Source: a virus
Lineage: Duplodnaviria > Caudoviricetes
Length of the DNA stretch: 63,180 nucleotides
Strand: one strand, 5' to 3'
Virus record (IMG/VR): IMGVR_UViG_3300025645_000071
Span: 1-63,180 of that record
How positions within the stretch are numbered: position 1 is the stretch's first letter; each line of letters starts with the position of its first letter. Positions 48,364 to 57,701 of this stretch are shown here, in pieces. The notes under the pieces were generated by a model that worked only from the letters and a program-made list of their open reading frames with translations, had not been told where the DNA came from and ran no database searches. A program made the position numbers and the translations under genes.

Positions 48364-50495
48364 GGTATAGCAAGAGAAAAAGAAAAGGTACTAAAGTTAA
48401 AAAGTTAGCTAATGGAGGTAATGGCGACCCACCTAAAGGAGATCCGCCATACGTATCTCAAGCTTACGGAGGCTTTCCTTTATATAAAGAATTTGGAGAA
48501 CTAACTCCAACTCCAACAAGTGAATTTTATACAAAAGCTGAGGAAAGAGGATATTATGAGGGATTACCTTTGCTTTTACCAGAAGCAGAAGTTGTTGCAG
48601 AATCTACAAATCCTTTTGATTTATCTTCAATAGACAATGTTGTACGACAAACTGGAGCTGGAGTACTTGGTGATTATGCTAATATACCTGCAGATGTAAG
48701 GGAAGCATATGAAGCTCAAGTTACTCAAGGCATAAATGAGGGCGCTGTTTTAGCGGCTGTTGGCATGTCTCCACTATTAGCTATGGGCGCTGGTCCAGTT
48801 TTAGCTAGAGGTTTAGCAGGTTGGTCAACAATATCAAGTCTCCCATTAGTGTCTATGGAAGGGGCTGGATTGGTTACTGTTGGTCAGGCTGTGGATTTAG
48901 TTGGAGCAGGAATAGCTGTTGAACATGCTCCCAAACATGTAAGGGACTTTATAGAAGAGCCTTCAATTGGTGGTGGCGCTTGGCTAGGTCTTGATCTTTT
49001 GGGGTTAATGATGGGTGGCTCTGCTGCTAAAAGTATATATACTCAAAGCTTGAGGGCTGGTGAAAATTTAACAACTCCTATGACCTTTACTTCTGCCGTT
49101 AATTTAGGTGATGAGGCGATTATAGCAGGTAAACTAGATGAAGCTACAGTGCTATTCAACAGAGTCGTAAAGGATGAAATTTCTCAAATAGCTACTAGCA
49201 CAAAAATAAATGCAGCAGATAAACAAGCAGCGATAGACGAAGTCTTAGAGTTTTATTCAAACTACTTAAATAATCCTGCAGCTTTAGAAAAGCTTGTGGC
49301 TCAAAAACAAATGTTAGGTGGAGCAAAACAAGTTCCTATGTCTCCAGTCATTGCTGAAGAAGCGTCACTTCAGTCTTATATATACAACAAGTCTACACCA
49401 TATTACTCTGTGTTTGATGATGCGGGAGGAAGGATAGGAGCACATGTAGATCCTGCAACCCCCATAAGGTCTTTCACTTTAACTCCAACAGAAGTGTCTC
49501 CAGGAGTGTTTGAAGCCAAGGCCTCAGTTAGTTACTTTAGTAATACTACGCCAGGAAGACAAGCTGCAGCAGAAGCTTTGTTAGAAAACCTTAGAACTGG
49601 ATCTGAGTCAGCTAAAAATGCTGTTTTAAGAACTCAAGAGTATTTAAAACAAACTTATGGATATAGCGCTAGAGGTATAGCTAAACCACAACTTAATATA
49701 AGCGGCCAAGTTGATATGGTTGATGGTGTTGTAATTCCAGAAGGAGGGTTTTCAAGTTTTGATTTAAGTGCACAGCAGATTGAAATGCTTGAAACTTTAA
49801 CTCCAGAACAATTTGTTTCTACTTTGATTCACGAAACAAATCACAATATGTTAACTCCATTTTTAAATCAAATGGCTGATTTGCAAATTATGGAAATGCA
49901 TATGATCGGAGCTACAAATAGAATACCTCAATTCAGAAATGCAACACGAGTAGCTGATAAAAGTCTTGCCCCTGGATTTCACACGGCAGATGATATGGTG
50001 TCAGGCATTCGGGAGGTGTCAGCAAAATATAATAATCTACATCCAGAGTTTTCTACAGGAGAGCTTGACAGACATATAATGGAACTTCTTTTACCAGATG
50101 AAGGAATAGCTAGGTTATGGGAAATTAAAAAAGCATATTCAGCGCAAGCAGCAAAACAGGGTATGAGTTTTGAAGACTGGATGTATAAGTTTACACCAGA
50201 AGAAGCAGAGAAAGGCCTTAATGCGTGGAGAAACGGAAAGCAAGCAGGAGGAGAAAAGTTTATTGAAGCAGATTTATTTTTAGATCTTTTTCAAGGAAGT
50301 AACACAGAAGAGAAACTTAGAAGTTTAACTTCAGCTCTTAATGAAACATTCACTCCCCTTCCTGTAATTACAACTGCTGGGGCTGCTGCAGTTGCAACAG
50401 ACGCTGTTATCTCAGACGAAGAAACCCCCACGATTAATAAACGTGGAGGCTTCATATCAAAGAAAAAAAGACGTAAAGGTTACAGGTCTATATAA
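48360..50495 (+). CDS. Putative virion protein with hydrophobic segments and zincin metallopeptidase domain
   Basis: TLIHETNH...DEGIARL; Gly-rich hydrophobic stretches; basic termini. Confidence 0.6.
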   Translation: MRYSKRKRKGTKVKKLANGGNGDPPKGDPPYVSQAYGGFPLYKEFGELTPTPTSEFYTKAEERGYYEGLPLLLPEAEVVAESTNPFDLSSIDNVVRQTGAGVLGDYANIPADVREAYEAQVTQGINEGAVLAAVGMSPLLAMGAGPVLARGLAGWSTISSLPLVSMEGAGLVTVGQAVDLVGAGIAVEHAPKHVRDFIEEPSIGGGAWLGLDLLGLMMGGSAAKSIYTQSLRAGENLTTPMTFTSAVNLGDEAIIAGKLDEATVLFNRVVKDEISQIATSTKINAADKQAAIDEVLEFYSNYLNNPAALEKLVAQKQMLGGAKQVPMSPVIAEEASLQSYIYNKSTPYYSVFDDAGGRIGAHVDPATPIRSFTLTPTEVSPGVFEAKASVSYFSNTTPGRQAAAEALLENLRTGSESAKNAVLRTQEYLKQTYGYSARGIAKPQLNISGQVDMVDGVVIPEGGFSSFDLSAQQIEMLETLTPEQFVSTLIHETNHNMLTPFLNQMADLQIMEMHMIGATNRIPQFRNATRVADKSLAPGFHTADDMVSGIREVSAKYNNLHPEFSTGELDRHIMELLLPDEGIARLWEIKKAYSAQAAKQGMSFEDWMYKFTPEEAEKGLNAWRNGKQAGGEKFIEADLFLDLFQGSNTEEKLRSLTSALNETFTPLPVITTAGAAAVATDAVISDEETPTINKRGGFISKKKRRKGYRSI

Positions 50496-51365
50496 TTAAT
50501 TTAAATAGTTTATTAAGACCGTGTGACGAGATGAATGCTTGATTCGCTTCAAAGCACGTTCACGTATTTGTCTCACTCTCTCTGATGATAAATCAAATAT
50601 CTCTGATATCTCTGTATTAGATTTAGGGTGATCTCCGTCAAGGCCAAACGACAGCCTTAAAGTAGCGCTTTCTCTTGGGGTCAACCATCTTAGGCAAGAT
50701 TCTATTTCATGTCTTAAGCTTTCATTTAGCAGCTCTTTGTCAGGATCTAACGCATACTTGTCGGGCATAAGATCACCTACTCTGTTTGAACCAGCTTCAT
50801 CCTGAGATACAGGCATATCTAAACTTACATGTTTATTGGAATTTTTAAGAATTAATCTAACATCTGCTACATTCATGTTTAACTCTGCAGCAATTTCAGA
50901 CTCTGTAGGTGGTCGTTCATACTTTTGCTCAAGCCTTGAGTAAGACTGCTTGATTTTTATTAAGGCCCCTATTTTGTTTTGCGGCAACCTTACCATCCTA
51001 GAGTGGTCGGACAATGCAGATAATATATTTTGTCTAATCCACCACACAGCATACGAGATAAATTTAAAGCCACGGGTTTCGTCGAATCTTTTGGCTGCAC
51101 GTATCAGACCTAAATTACCTTCGCTAATAAGATCTGGAAGGCTTAATCCTTGATTTTGATACTGTTTAGCTACAGATACAACGAATCTTAAATTTGCTCT
51201 TGTCAGTCTATGTAGAGCTTGTTGATCGCCATCTCTAATTTTTCTCGCTAACTCTACTTCTTCCTTAACTGTAATTAATTCTTCTTTAGTAACGTCAGAT
51301 AAATATCTGTCTAGACTTGGCTGTGACCTGTCTGTTATTTGCTTTGTTATTTTAAGCTGTCTCAT
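50496..51365 (-). CDS. rpoD: RNA polymerase sigma-70 factor, Bacteroidota primary-sigma-like
   Basis: MRQLKITKQ, ANLRFVVSVAKQY, DLISEGNLGL, FDETRGFKFISYAVWWIRQ, ERVRQI. Confidence 0.93.
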   Translation of the reverse strand: MRQLKITKQITDRSQPSLDRYLSDVTKEELITVKEEVELARKIRDGDQQALHRLTRANLRFVVSVAKQYQNQGLSLPDLISEGNLGLIRAAKRFDETRGFKFISYAVWWIRQNILSALSDHSRMVRLPQNKIGALIKIKQSYSRLEQKYERPPTESEIAAELNMNVADVRLILKNSNKHVSLDMPVSQDEAGSNRVGDLMPDKYALDPDKELLNESLRHEIESCLRWLTPRESATLRLSFGLDGDHPKSNTEISEIFDLSSERVRQIRERALKRIKHSSRHTVLINYLN

Positions 51366-51750
51366 TCTTATTTTCTCTTTCTAATTTTCTCATTAATCTT
51401 TCTTTGGTCTGCACAAGTGTAGTTATTCTATTATCAATAGACTCTACTTGACTTTTTAATAAATAATCTTGTAATACGTCATCGACTACATCTTTTGCAA
51501 TTCTGTATATATCTGAATAACCACTCCAATAATCCATGTTTTGAAAATGCTTGCCAGTATAATAACTAACCGTTGATCTATCTCGACCTATAGCACAGCC
51601 AATTTCTTCTGTATTGCAATATGGAGTAAGTGCTACACCAGTAGCTGCTCTAACTTGAACATGAAACTTTATTCTAGATTTACTACGGGTAATTCCTAAG
51701 GTTTCGTATACCTCTGTTACAGCTTGCGTTATCGCTTTTATTCTTTTCAT
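51352..51750 (-). CDS. DnaA C-terminal-like HTH protein
   Basis: SR....VQVR...EEIGCAIGRDRSTVSY resembles the DnaA domain IV IG..F.RDHSTV motif. Confidence 0.65.
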   Translation of the reverse strand: MKRIKAITQAVTEVYETLGITRSKSRIKFHVQVRAATGVALTPYCNTEEIGCAIGRDRSTVSYYTGKHFQNMDYWSGYSDIYRIAKDVVDDVLQDYLLKSQVESIDNRITTLVQTKERLMRKLERENKNETA

Positions 51751-51778
51751 TTTATTTAATTTTTATTTTTTATAGTTT

Positions 51779-51823
51779 GTTACATAATATATCTTCATAA
51801 AATGAAGAGATATATTATATAAC
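51779..51823. promoter_or_regulatory. AT-rich bulged hairpin element H5
   Basis: ATAATATATCT (51784-51794) pairs with AGATATATTAT (51808-51818). Core TTCAT-AAA-ATGAA. Confidence 0.6.
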
Positions 51824-52336
51824 TAACCTATCATTTGTATCTGGATGGATGTAAGACTCTTTATATTTTATTATCTCGTAACTTTTTAATTGACGTAAGT
51901 CGTTTAATACGAGCGTAGTTATTTTGTCTTTTCTACCTTTCCGTTGATATATTTTTTTATATGCGTCTTTCTTATATAAGACGTATTCATTGAAGTCTAC
52001 GTTGCCTAAGCACCAATCTAAAAGTTCTTTTCTTTCAACACGTACAAAGCCACCGAGCTCGCAAATCTCAAATGCTATCCATTTTGCTTTACCTAAAAGC
52101 CATCCTAAATCACCATGTACATTTCTAAACTCAACCCATATTTCATCAGGCAGGTTGTTGCCTTTTACATCTACACCGTCAGATCCGTGCCAAAAGTCTA
52201 CGTGAAGTTCTATGTCTTCTTCACGAGAGGACTTTCTTATATCATTAAAAATCCTTACGTATCTAGTAGCAGATACTCCACCGTCTTTCCAAGATTGTTT
52301 GCGTCTTTCGTTAAAAAGGTTGTTGGTCGTGATCAT
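51815..52336 (-). CDS. PD-(D/E)XK-like nuclease
   Basis: EDIELHVDF...VDVKG...IWVEFRNV.G..GWL.G.A..IAF. Confidence 0.6.
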   Translation of the reverse strand: MITTNNLFNERRKQSWKDGGVSATRYVRIFNDIRKSSREEDIELHVDFWHGSDGVDVKGNNLPDEIWVEFRNVHGDLGWLLGKAKWIAFEICELGGFVRVERKELLDWCLGNVDFNEYVLYKKDAYKKIYQRKGRKDKITTLVLNDLRQLKSYEIIKYKESYIHPDTNDRLVI

Positions 52337-52538
52337 ATTCTTTTGAGATTTCTTTAATTAGATCTAATTCTGTATTTACCCAAACTCTAAAGTCCTTTAT
52401 ATTACTCATTACATCTTCAATCTCAGTAAGAACATCTTCACCATCTTCACTATAAAGGCTTTCATGCAACGTACTTGTTGCGTGGTGAATTCTTTCACAT
52501 GCCTCCATATAAAAAATGCTTGCTTCTTTTTTAGTCAT
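52311..52538 (-). CDS. Hypothetical protein
   Basis: 75 aa, coupled to neighbours. Confidence 0.65.
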   Translation of the reverse strand: MTKKEASIFYMEACERIHHATSTLHESLYSEDGEDVLTEIEDVMSNIKDFRVWVNTELDLIKEISKEYDHDQQPF

Positions 52539-52983
52539 CTTTCATAGATTTTTTTATCTCGTCAATGGCTTGATTTACTTGCAATTTATTTTTAGCTAAG
52601 TAAACATCACAATCCATTTTGTTATCCATGATGTGTTTTAGAAACAACTTCCAACGCATTGGAAAATCGTGATGCGATGGTAAATATCCTTTAGTCTCTA
52701 TAATCCAAGTAGAATCCTTACAAACAAAGTCTGGTGTATATCGTATAGGCTGCTGTATGCTATTTGACCTATCAGACATGTCTTTTCTTTTACTTGTCAT
52801 CTTGAAATACTTATGTTCAAACCTAAAAGATTCTACTAAAGTAAATTGTTCTTTCTCATAATCAAAAGGTATTCCGTGTTCACTTAATTGATCAGCACAA
52901 TACTTTTCTATTGATGATTGATACTTTCCAAGATGTTTTTTTTTAGATTTAGAAGTTCTTTTGTTTCTCTTCTTTCTCATCAT
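52531..52983 (-). CDS. Endonuclease I-like Holliday junction resolvase
   Basis: YQSSIE...FDYE...YTPDF...IIETKG...RWKLF. Confidence 0.8.
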   Translation of the reverse strand: MMRKKRNKRTSKSKKKHLGKYQSSIEKYCADQLSEHGIPFDYEKEQFTLVESFRFEHKYFKMTSKRKDMSDRSNSIQQPIRYTPDFVCKDSTWIIETKGYLPSHHDFPMRWKLFLKHIMDNKMDCDVYLAKNKLQVNQAIDEIKKSMKDD

Positions 52984-53003
52984 GAGGTAAAGTTACTCCA
53001 TAA

Positions 53004-54812
53004 TTAATTGTTAGACGATAAAATGTTAGAAAAATTTATTGCTTCTTGTTTATCTGATTGAAAATGAATAGATTTAAATAAAGGTTTTTTCTTAAGCCAT
53101 GATATAAAACCCGTTTGTGATGAGTTCATAACTATCCTAAATGGATCTTCTATAGGTGTTGGATAACCTCCAGTTTCTGTTTCTCTGACTTTTCTTACAT
53201 GTAACTCGCTGAGTTTCCTTATGTTATGGTCTGGAGATTGAACCTTTCGATGAATAGTAAGGAAGCAATCAGCTCTGTTTACGAACTTTCCGCCGCCTTC
53301 TGTATCCTCAGCGTATGGTGCTACAGGTAATCCGTCAGGACCCTTACGTCTTTGCGCTTCCGTAAAAGCATGAGTGTTTAACCACACAGCAATATTTTGT
53401 GCTTTTGAAAATGTAAGAAACGAACTAGCCGACTCATAATGATAGTCATGTACACCTATGTTACTGCCTTTCATATCAAGCTTTAAACTGTTGTATGGAT
53501 CTATAAACACACCATCTACTGGTTGTTGCTTTAAAATCTTTTCCATAAACAGAATGATATCTGAATAGCTGTAAACTTGATTGTTATTGATGATAGTGAA
53601 GTGTTCTTTCACCCACTCATATGCAGCTTTTCTTTCATAGAAGCTCATGTCAGAAACCTTTCTGTCTGACGCAAACTGCATTAACTGCATTTTAATAGAC
53701 GCTGTTCTATTCTCTGATGAATAAAGTATCCACTTCCATTTATGTTGAATAACAGAGTTTACAATTAAGTATAACGCTGATGTAGTTTTACCTACATTAC
53801 TGTGTCCGTTAATAATAACAAATTCCTTTTTATATCTGAAGTGCTCATCAAGATTGTCATCTCCAGTTTTTAATCCAATCTCAATCTTACCCTGAGAGAA
53901 ATCATCTATCCACCTAAAGTCCTCATCGTCAGAAGATATGAAAGACATATCTCCATCATTGATAAGCAGGTTTCGTTCTGCTGATTGCTCATTATCTATT
54001 AAGGCTTTGATAGGCATTTGTTTACCCTTCTCAATACCATCGATAACGGTTATTTTTGCGTGTTCCAAAGAGTCAACATCCCTCTTCTCTATCTCTCTCA
54101 TAAGGACTCTAATAACCTCGTCCTGTTCCATACGCCCAGCAGATATATATCCACCACAAAGTATAGCAGCTTTGTTTAAATTCACCCACTTCTCACCGTC
54201 TTGAGCGTTACGTATCATACGTGCGGCCAAGTTTAACTTCATGTAATCCGTGTAAGAGTAAGCTTCGTTATCAGGAGTTTGTTTTTCCGCAAACTCAGAA
54301 GTAAAAGCCCCAAACTTTTTAGAGTTATCTTTAACAATGATGTCAGGATCAAATGATTCAAAGCAAGCTCTTGACTCATTAATACCAGACTCATCTACCT
54401 CTAAGCAATACCGCTTATTGAAGTATGTGCACAAAGCTCTAAAGTGATCTCGATGTCTCTCAGGATTAGTTACTTTAACTAAGGCTTTAATTCCATCACC
54501 GCTAGGCGAAACCCAGCATGAGTGAATATAATCGTCAGTAGCTAATGATTTCTTTACCTCACTAACATTAACGTGGTCAAAGTCAAGTATGATAAATCCT
54601 GAGTGCTCAAACAAAGCATCATCAGCCCTAGACGAAAACTCCCCACTGAAACAAACAATGGGGAGCTCTTTCTTTTTAGGTTTTTCTCCAGCCCTAATCT
54701 TCGCTATAAGTGACTCGGACTTTCCCTCCTGTATACGTCGAAGCGCTGTGGGTATCGTTATGTGATGTGGACTCTTCGTGTCCTTTATGCTCTGGAAGAT
54801 TGTTACTTTCAT
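53004..54812 (-). CDS. Primase (BT4734/VirE N-terminal-like) fused to DnaB-like SF4 helicase
   Basis: KKELP..CFSG, IILDFDH, SPSGDGIK, RACF; helicase motifs GHSNVGKTT, FIDPYNSL, KVR. Confidence 0.85.
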   Translation of the reverse strand: MKVTIFQSIKDTKSPHHITIPTALRRIQEGKSESLIAKIRAGEKPKKKELPIVCFSGEFSSRADDALFEHSGFIILDFDHVNVSEVKKSLATDDYIHSCWVSPSGDGIKALVKVTNPERHRDHFRALCTYFNKRYCLEVDESGINESRACFESFDPDIIVKDNSKKFGAFTSEFAEKQTPDNEAYSYTDYMKLNLAARMIRNAQDGEKWVNLNKAAILCGGYISAGRMEQDEVIRVLMREIEKRDVDSLEHAKITVIDGIEKGKQMPIKALIDNEQSAERNLLINDGDMSFISSDDEDFRWIDDFSQGKIEIGLKTGDDNLDEHFRYKKEFVIINGHSNVGKTTSALYLIVNSVIQHKWKWILYSSENRTASIKMQLMQFASDRKVSDMSFYERKAAYEWVKEHFTIINNNQVYSYSDIILFMEKILKQQPVDGVFIDPYNSLKLDMKGSNIGVHDYHYESASSFLTFSKAQNIAVWLNTHAFTEAQRRKGPDGLPVAPYAEDTEGGGKFVNRADCFLTIHRKVQSPDHNIRKLSELHVRKVRETETGGYPTPIEDPFRIVMNSSQTGFISWLKKKPLFKSIHFQSDKQEAINFSNILSSNN

Positions 54813-55065
54813 TGTCTAATGCAATCATTAAAAGTATAAGATATCCAGCCAGATCCATAACGGTATCTTCTGTTTCTCCATGTACTCCTACGTTTTTTAT
54901 TCTATTTAATTTATCGTCTATCCTAGCTTTAAGAGCTTCTATTCTATCTAAACGAGAGAATATACCTCCAGGTTGTAATGCACTATTACCGTAAGCAGAG
55001 TTTTTGTTTAAAAGCAATTCTTTAATCTCGTCACTTTTTTCTATTATACTGGCTCTTATGTTCAT
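54694..55065 (-). CDS. DUF1599/MazG-like nucleotide-modification-associated protein
   Basis: KNSAYGNS...RIDDKLNRI...EDTVMDLAGY. Confidence 0.75.
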   Translation of the reverse strand: MNIRASIIEKSDEIKELLLNKNSAYGNSALQPGGIFSRLDRIEALKARIDDKLNRIKNVGVHGETEDTVMDLAGYLILLMIALDNESNNLPEHKGHEESTSHNDTHSASTYTGGKVRVTYSED

Positions 55066-55297
55066 CTAATGTTAAATTTGAGTGTGATAACTCCACACTA
55101 TCTAATATCTCACGTATGATAACCTCTTTGTTTTTAGACTTAGCGGTATAGTAAGTCCTACGTAATCGTGACATTACTTTTTCATCATAACGCATGATAT
55201 CAGATGGCGTGTCGTATATAGTGACAATCCACTCACAGCGCTCATGTATCTCCTTCCGTTTCTTGAAGGCTACACGAACCTGTGAGTGTTTTATCAT
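55031..55297 (-). CDS. Hypothetical protein
   Basis: Probable start MIKHSQ at 55297; the longer track ORF overlaps the ssb-like gene. Confidence 0.6.
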   Translation of the reverse strand: MIKHSQVRVAFKKRKEIHERCEWIVTIYDTPSDIMRYDEKVMSRLRRTYYTAKSKNKEVIIREILDSVELSHSNLTLDEHKSQYNRKK

Positions 55298-55304
55298 AGG
55301 CCTC

Positions 55305-55607
55305 TTAGAATGGCATTCCATCAGATACAGCCTCAGTTGCGGCCTGCTTTTCAGCACGCTTTTCTTTAGCTGCCTCACTGTTTGGATCATACACGGTTGT
55401 GTAAGGTTTACCATTTTTAGATATAGCTGTTTTGCAGAAGACGTTACCGCCGTCACCATTCGCTTGAACAGGTGTTGCGTATTTGTCAATCATCTCCTGC
55501 AGTTCAGTGACTTTATATTTCACTGTTACACCTGCAAACTTACCATCGTAAAAACGTGGCTCTTCTGTGTACCCTACGAGTACGGAATCATACTTAGTAT
55601 CACTCAT
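55305..55607 (-). CDS. Putative single-stranded DNA-binding protein
   Basis: Acidic-aromatic C-terminus SDGMPF, in the recombination module. Confidence 0.55.
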   Translation of the reverse strand: MSDTKYDSVLVGYTEEPRFYDGKFAGVTVKYKVTELQEMIDKYATPVQANGDGGNVFCKTAISKNGKPYTTVYDPNSEAAKEKRAEKQAATEAVSDGMPF

Positions 55608-55660
55608 TATTAAAATAATTTATAAATTATATTGAAAGCAAACTATTTGCTTTTACAACC

Positions 55661-56443
55661 TTATGCATCGAAAACAGCGTAATGTGTTTCCGTTTTATGT
55701 CCATTAGCTAACCACTCTTTTATATTGGTGAGCGCTTCATGGAATTTCATTTCACCCCTTAACATTGTTTCTTCAGTGCACCTTACTAAGGCGGGGTAGT
55801 ATGGGTATGCCTTTTCTTGCACAACCCAATAGTAGTTATCTATGCCAAATACAGTTGAGTATATGTATGCTTGAATATCATACGACCAACTATTAACATC
55901 GTATTTAAATTTATTTACGCTTCTAGCGCTCTTACTATCTGTTATAAATCCGTCACCAAGACAATCAAGGAATCCTTTTAAAGGGACACCATTGATATCT
56001 TCATTAAACTCAACTTGGTATTGCCCTTTAAGATATGTGTCTCTCAATCCACAAGCATCTAATCTTTCGATCATTTCATTGGCTTGTTTCCAATCATCTT
56101 CAGAACATAGTTCCTTACCAATAGCCTCAGCTTCCTGTTGCATATCAGACTTTATACTTTTGTACTCTGCCGTCATAGCAGGCCTTTTAGAGTCTTGCGT
56201 TTTCTGAGAGCATGACGCTAAGATCTGATCTGCATCAATAACTGTATACGTTTCAATAGCTTTCTCTCTTTCGAAAAGGAGCATGTCGTACAGTGTACCA
56301 AACGTTAAAGCATCAGACTGCTTTCTTAATTGCCCTCTCATATACATCTCCCAGAGACGCATGTCTCCAAGAGCGTATTTAATAGAGGAGTAGGATAGAT
56401 GTTCTTTCCCTACTGCTTCTTTGAGTTGTTGTCTTAAAGTCAT
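55661..56443 (-). CDS. RecE/DUF3799-like PD-(D/E)XK exonuclease
   Basis: LSYSSIK, FGT, KGFLDCL..ITDSK, YDIQAYIY. Confidence 0.8.
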   Translation of the reverse strand: MTLRQQLKEAVGKEHLSYSSIKYALGDMRLWEMYMRGQLRKQSDALTFGTLYDMLLFEREKAIETYTVIDADQILASCSQKTQDSKRPAMTAEYKSIKSDMQQEAEAIGKELCSEDDWKQANEMIERLDACGLRDTYLKGQYQVEFNEDINGVPLKGFLDCLGDGFITDSKSARSVNKFKYDVNSWSYDIQAYIYSTVFGIDNYYWVVQEKAYPYYPALVRCTEETMLRGEMKFHEALTNIKEWLANGHKTETHYAVFDA

Positions 56444-56697
56444 TGTTGCATTAGTTTATATCCAATAGATTTTATTGTTTGATCAATACGGTCCATTTCA
56501 ATTTTACTTGTTTTTATTTTGCTGTCATTACGAATGTTATCCCATTCTGTTGATCTGTATGAAATTAAAGGAATTATTTCTAAAGCCTCGCAATACATAT
56601 GATTTCTAACAAACTTATCATATTGGCGAGATAATTCTGTACGAGTTATTTTACCCTCGTTAAATTCCTCCAGCCATGCTTTAGTATTTTTATACAT
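56440..56697 (-). CDS. Hypothetical protein
   Basis: 85 aa coupled ORF. Confidence 0.65.
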   Translation of the reverse strand: MYKNTKAWLEEFNEGKITRTELSRQYDKFVRNHMYCEALEIIPLISYRSTEWDNIRNDSKIKTSKIEMDRIDQTIKSIGYKLMQQ

Positions 56698-57215
56698 TAA
56701 ACGAACTTTTTTAGACCAGCCTTTTGCTTGTCTGTAAGATCGTTTCCGTATTTAGATACTACATTCTCGTATGCTTTTTTCTTATCTGTTGAAGACTTGA
56801 TATAACCTACTGCGCTGTCCATGATATTAGCCTTAGGCTTTGCTTTTCCAGTAGACTCTTGTTGGTGTATTGCATCTGCAACTTCACCAGCTGAAGCCAT
56901 AGAATCGTCTACACCTATACCCATAACCGCTAATGCTCTACCAATAGCTGATGTCTCACAGTTTTCTATGTAAGAAGTCTTATTGATATTGCCATTCGCT
57001 TGGATCTCATGAGCATGGCCAGTAGATATAACTCTTTGTGATGTGTCTGCAACCGTTGCTTTACATACACAATGCTCTGAATCTAGCACCGTGAACTCTG
57101 TTGCAATGGTCCAATTTTCATACTTCTTTTCTTGGCGGAAGTATTTAACCCTTTCTTTTACCTCGACATATTGTTTGCCTCGGATGTTTACTGTTTTGAA
57201 CTTGTATGTTCCCAT
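56697..57215 (-). CDS. Single-strand annealing protein (Rad52/Sak-like)
   Basis: IRGKQYVEVKERV...INKTSYIENCETSAIGRAL..GIG. Confidence 0.75.
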   Translation of the reverse strand: MGTYKFKTVNIRGKQYVEVKERVKYFRQEKKYENWTIATEFTVLDSEHCVCKATVADTSQRVISTGHAHEIQANGNINKTSYIENCETSAIGRALAVMGIGVDDSMASAGEVADAIHQQESTGKAKPKANIMDSAVGYIKSSTDKKKAYENVVSKYGNDLTDKQKAGLKKFV

Positions 57216-57254
57216 AATAAATTAAATTTTGTGTGTAAAATTACGAATAATAGT

Positions 57255-57701
57255 TTAACATTCAACTGTTTTTTCTATAGTTTTTTTCCTATCTCTTAAT
57301 ATATTTATTTGCCTATTTATAAACTTAACTTGCATAGCGCTTGACTTAACCCACCCTTCAGTAACCATCTTAATCCCCACATTCTTAGTGTTTTCGTACA
57401 AAGTATTAAAGGTTTTGTTTAAGCCTAATTCTTTTATAGCGTTATCGTGTAAGCGTTTAATTTGAATCTTATTGTAATCATCAAAGTATTCAGCTATCGC
57501 TGTGTTTGTTTTTTTTCCATACCTAAACATATGCTCATTACAAAACAATATGTAAAGCATGAATGATATTTTTTTGTATTTAGAGTACAAGCTTTCGTCC
57601 CTCATTTCAAATGGTCTTCTAAGGAATATACTCATAAGAGCATTCATCTCTTTTTCTAGATCGTTAAAATCACGTATGGCTTTATCAGTAAGTATCTTCA
57701 T
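57255..57701 (-). CDS. Hypothetical protein (possible degenerate HTH)
   Basis: 148 aa, layout similar to 51352..51750. Confidence 0.6.
   Translation of the reverse strand: MKILTDKAIRDFNDLEKEMNALMSIFLRRPFEMRDESLYSKYKKISFMLYILFCNEHMFRYGKKTNTAIAEYFDDYNKIQIKRLHDNAIKELGLNKTFNTLYENTKNVGIKMVTEGWVKSSAMQVKFINRQINILRDRKKTIEKTVEC

Noticed and set aside
2091-50495. Stop-codon reassignment as in some crAss-like phages
   Set aside because: Genes are long and tightly packed under the standard code, with no fragmentation and no suppressor tRNA.
50490-50500. Terminator at the convergence of the late and early blocks
   Set aside because: The stop codons abut directly (TAA/TTA) with no hairpin visible.
55298-55489. 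N-terminal extension of ORF 55031..55489
   Set aside because: It overlaps the SSB-like gene in another frame; the start at 55297 fits gene packing better.
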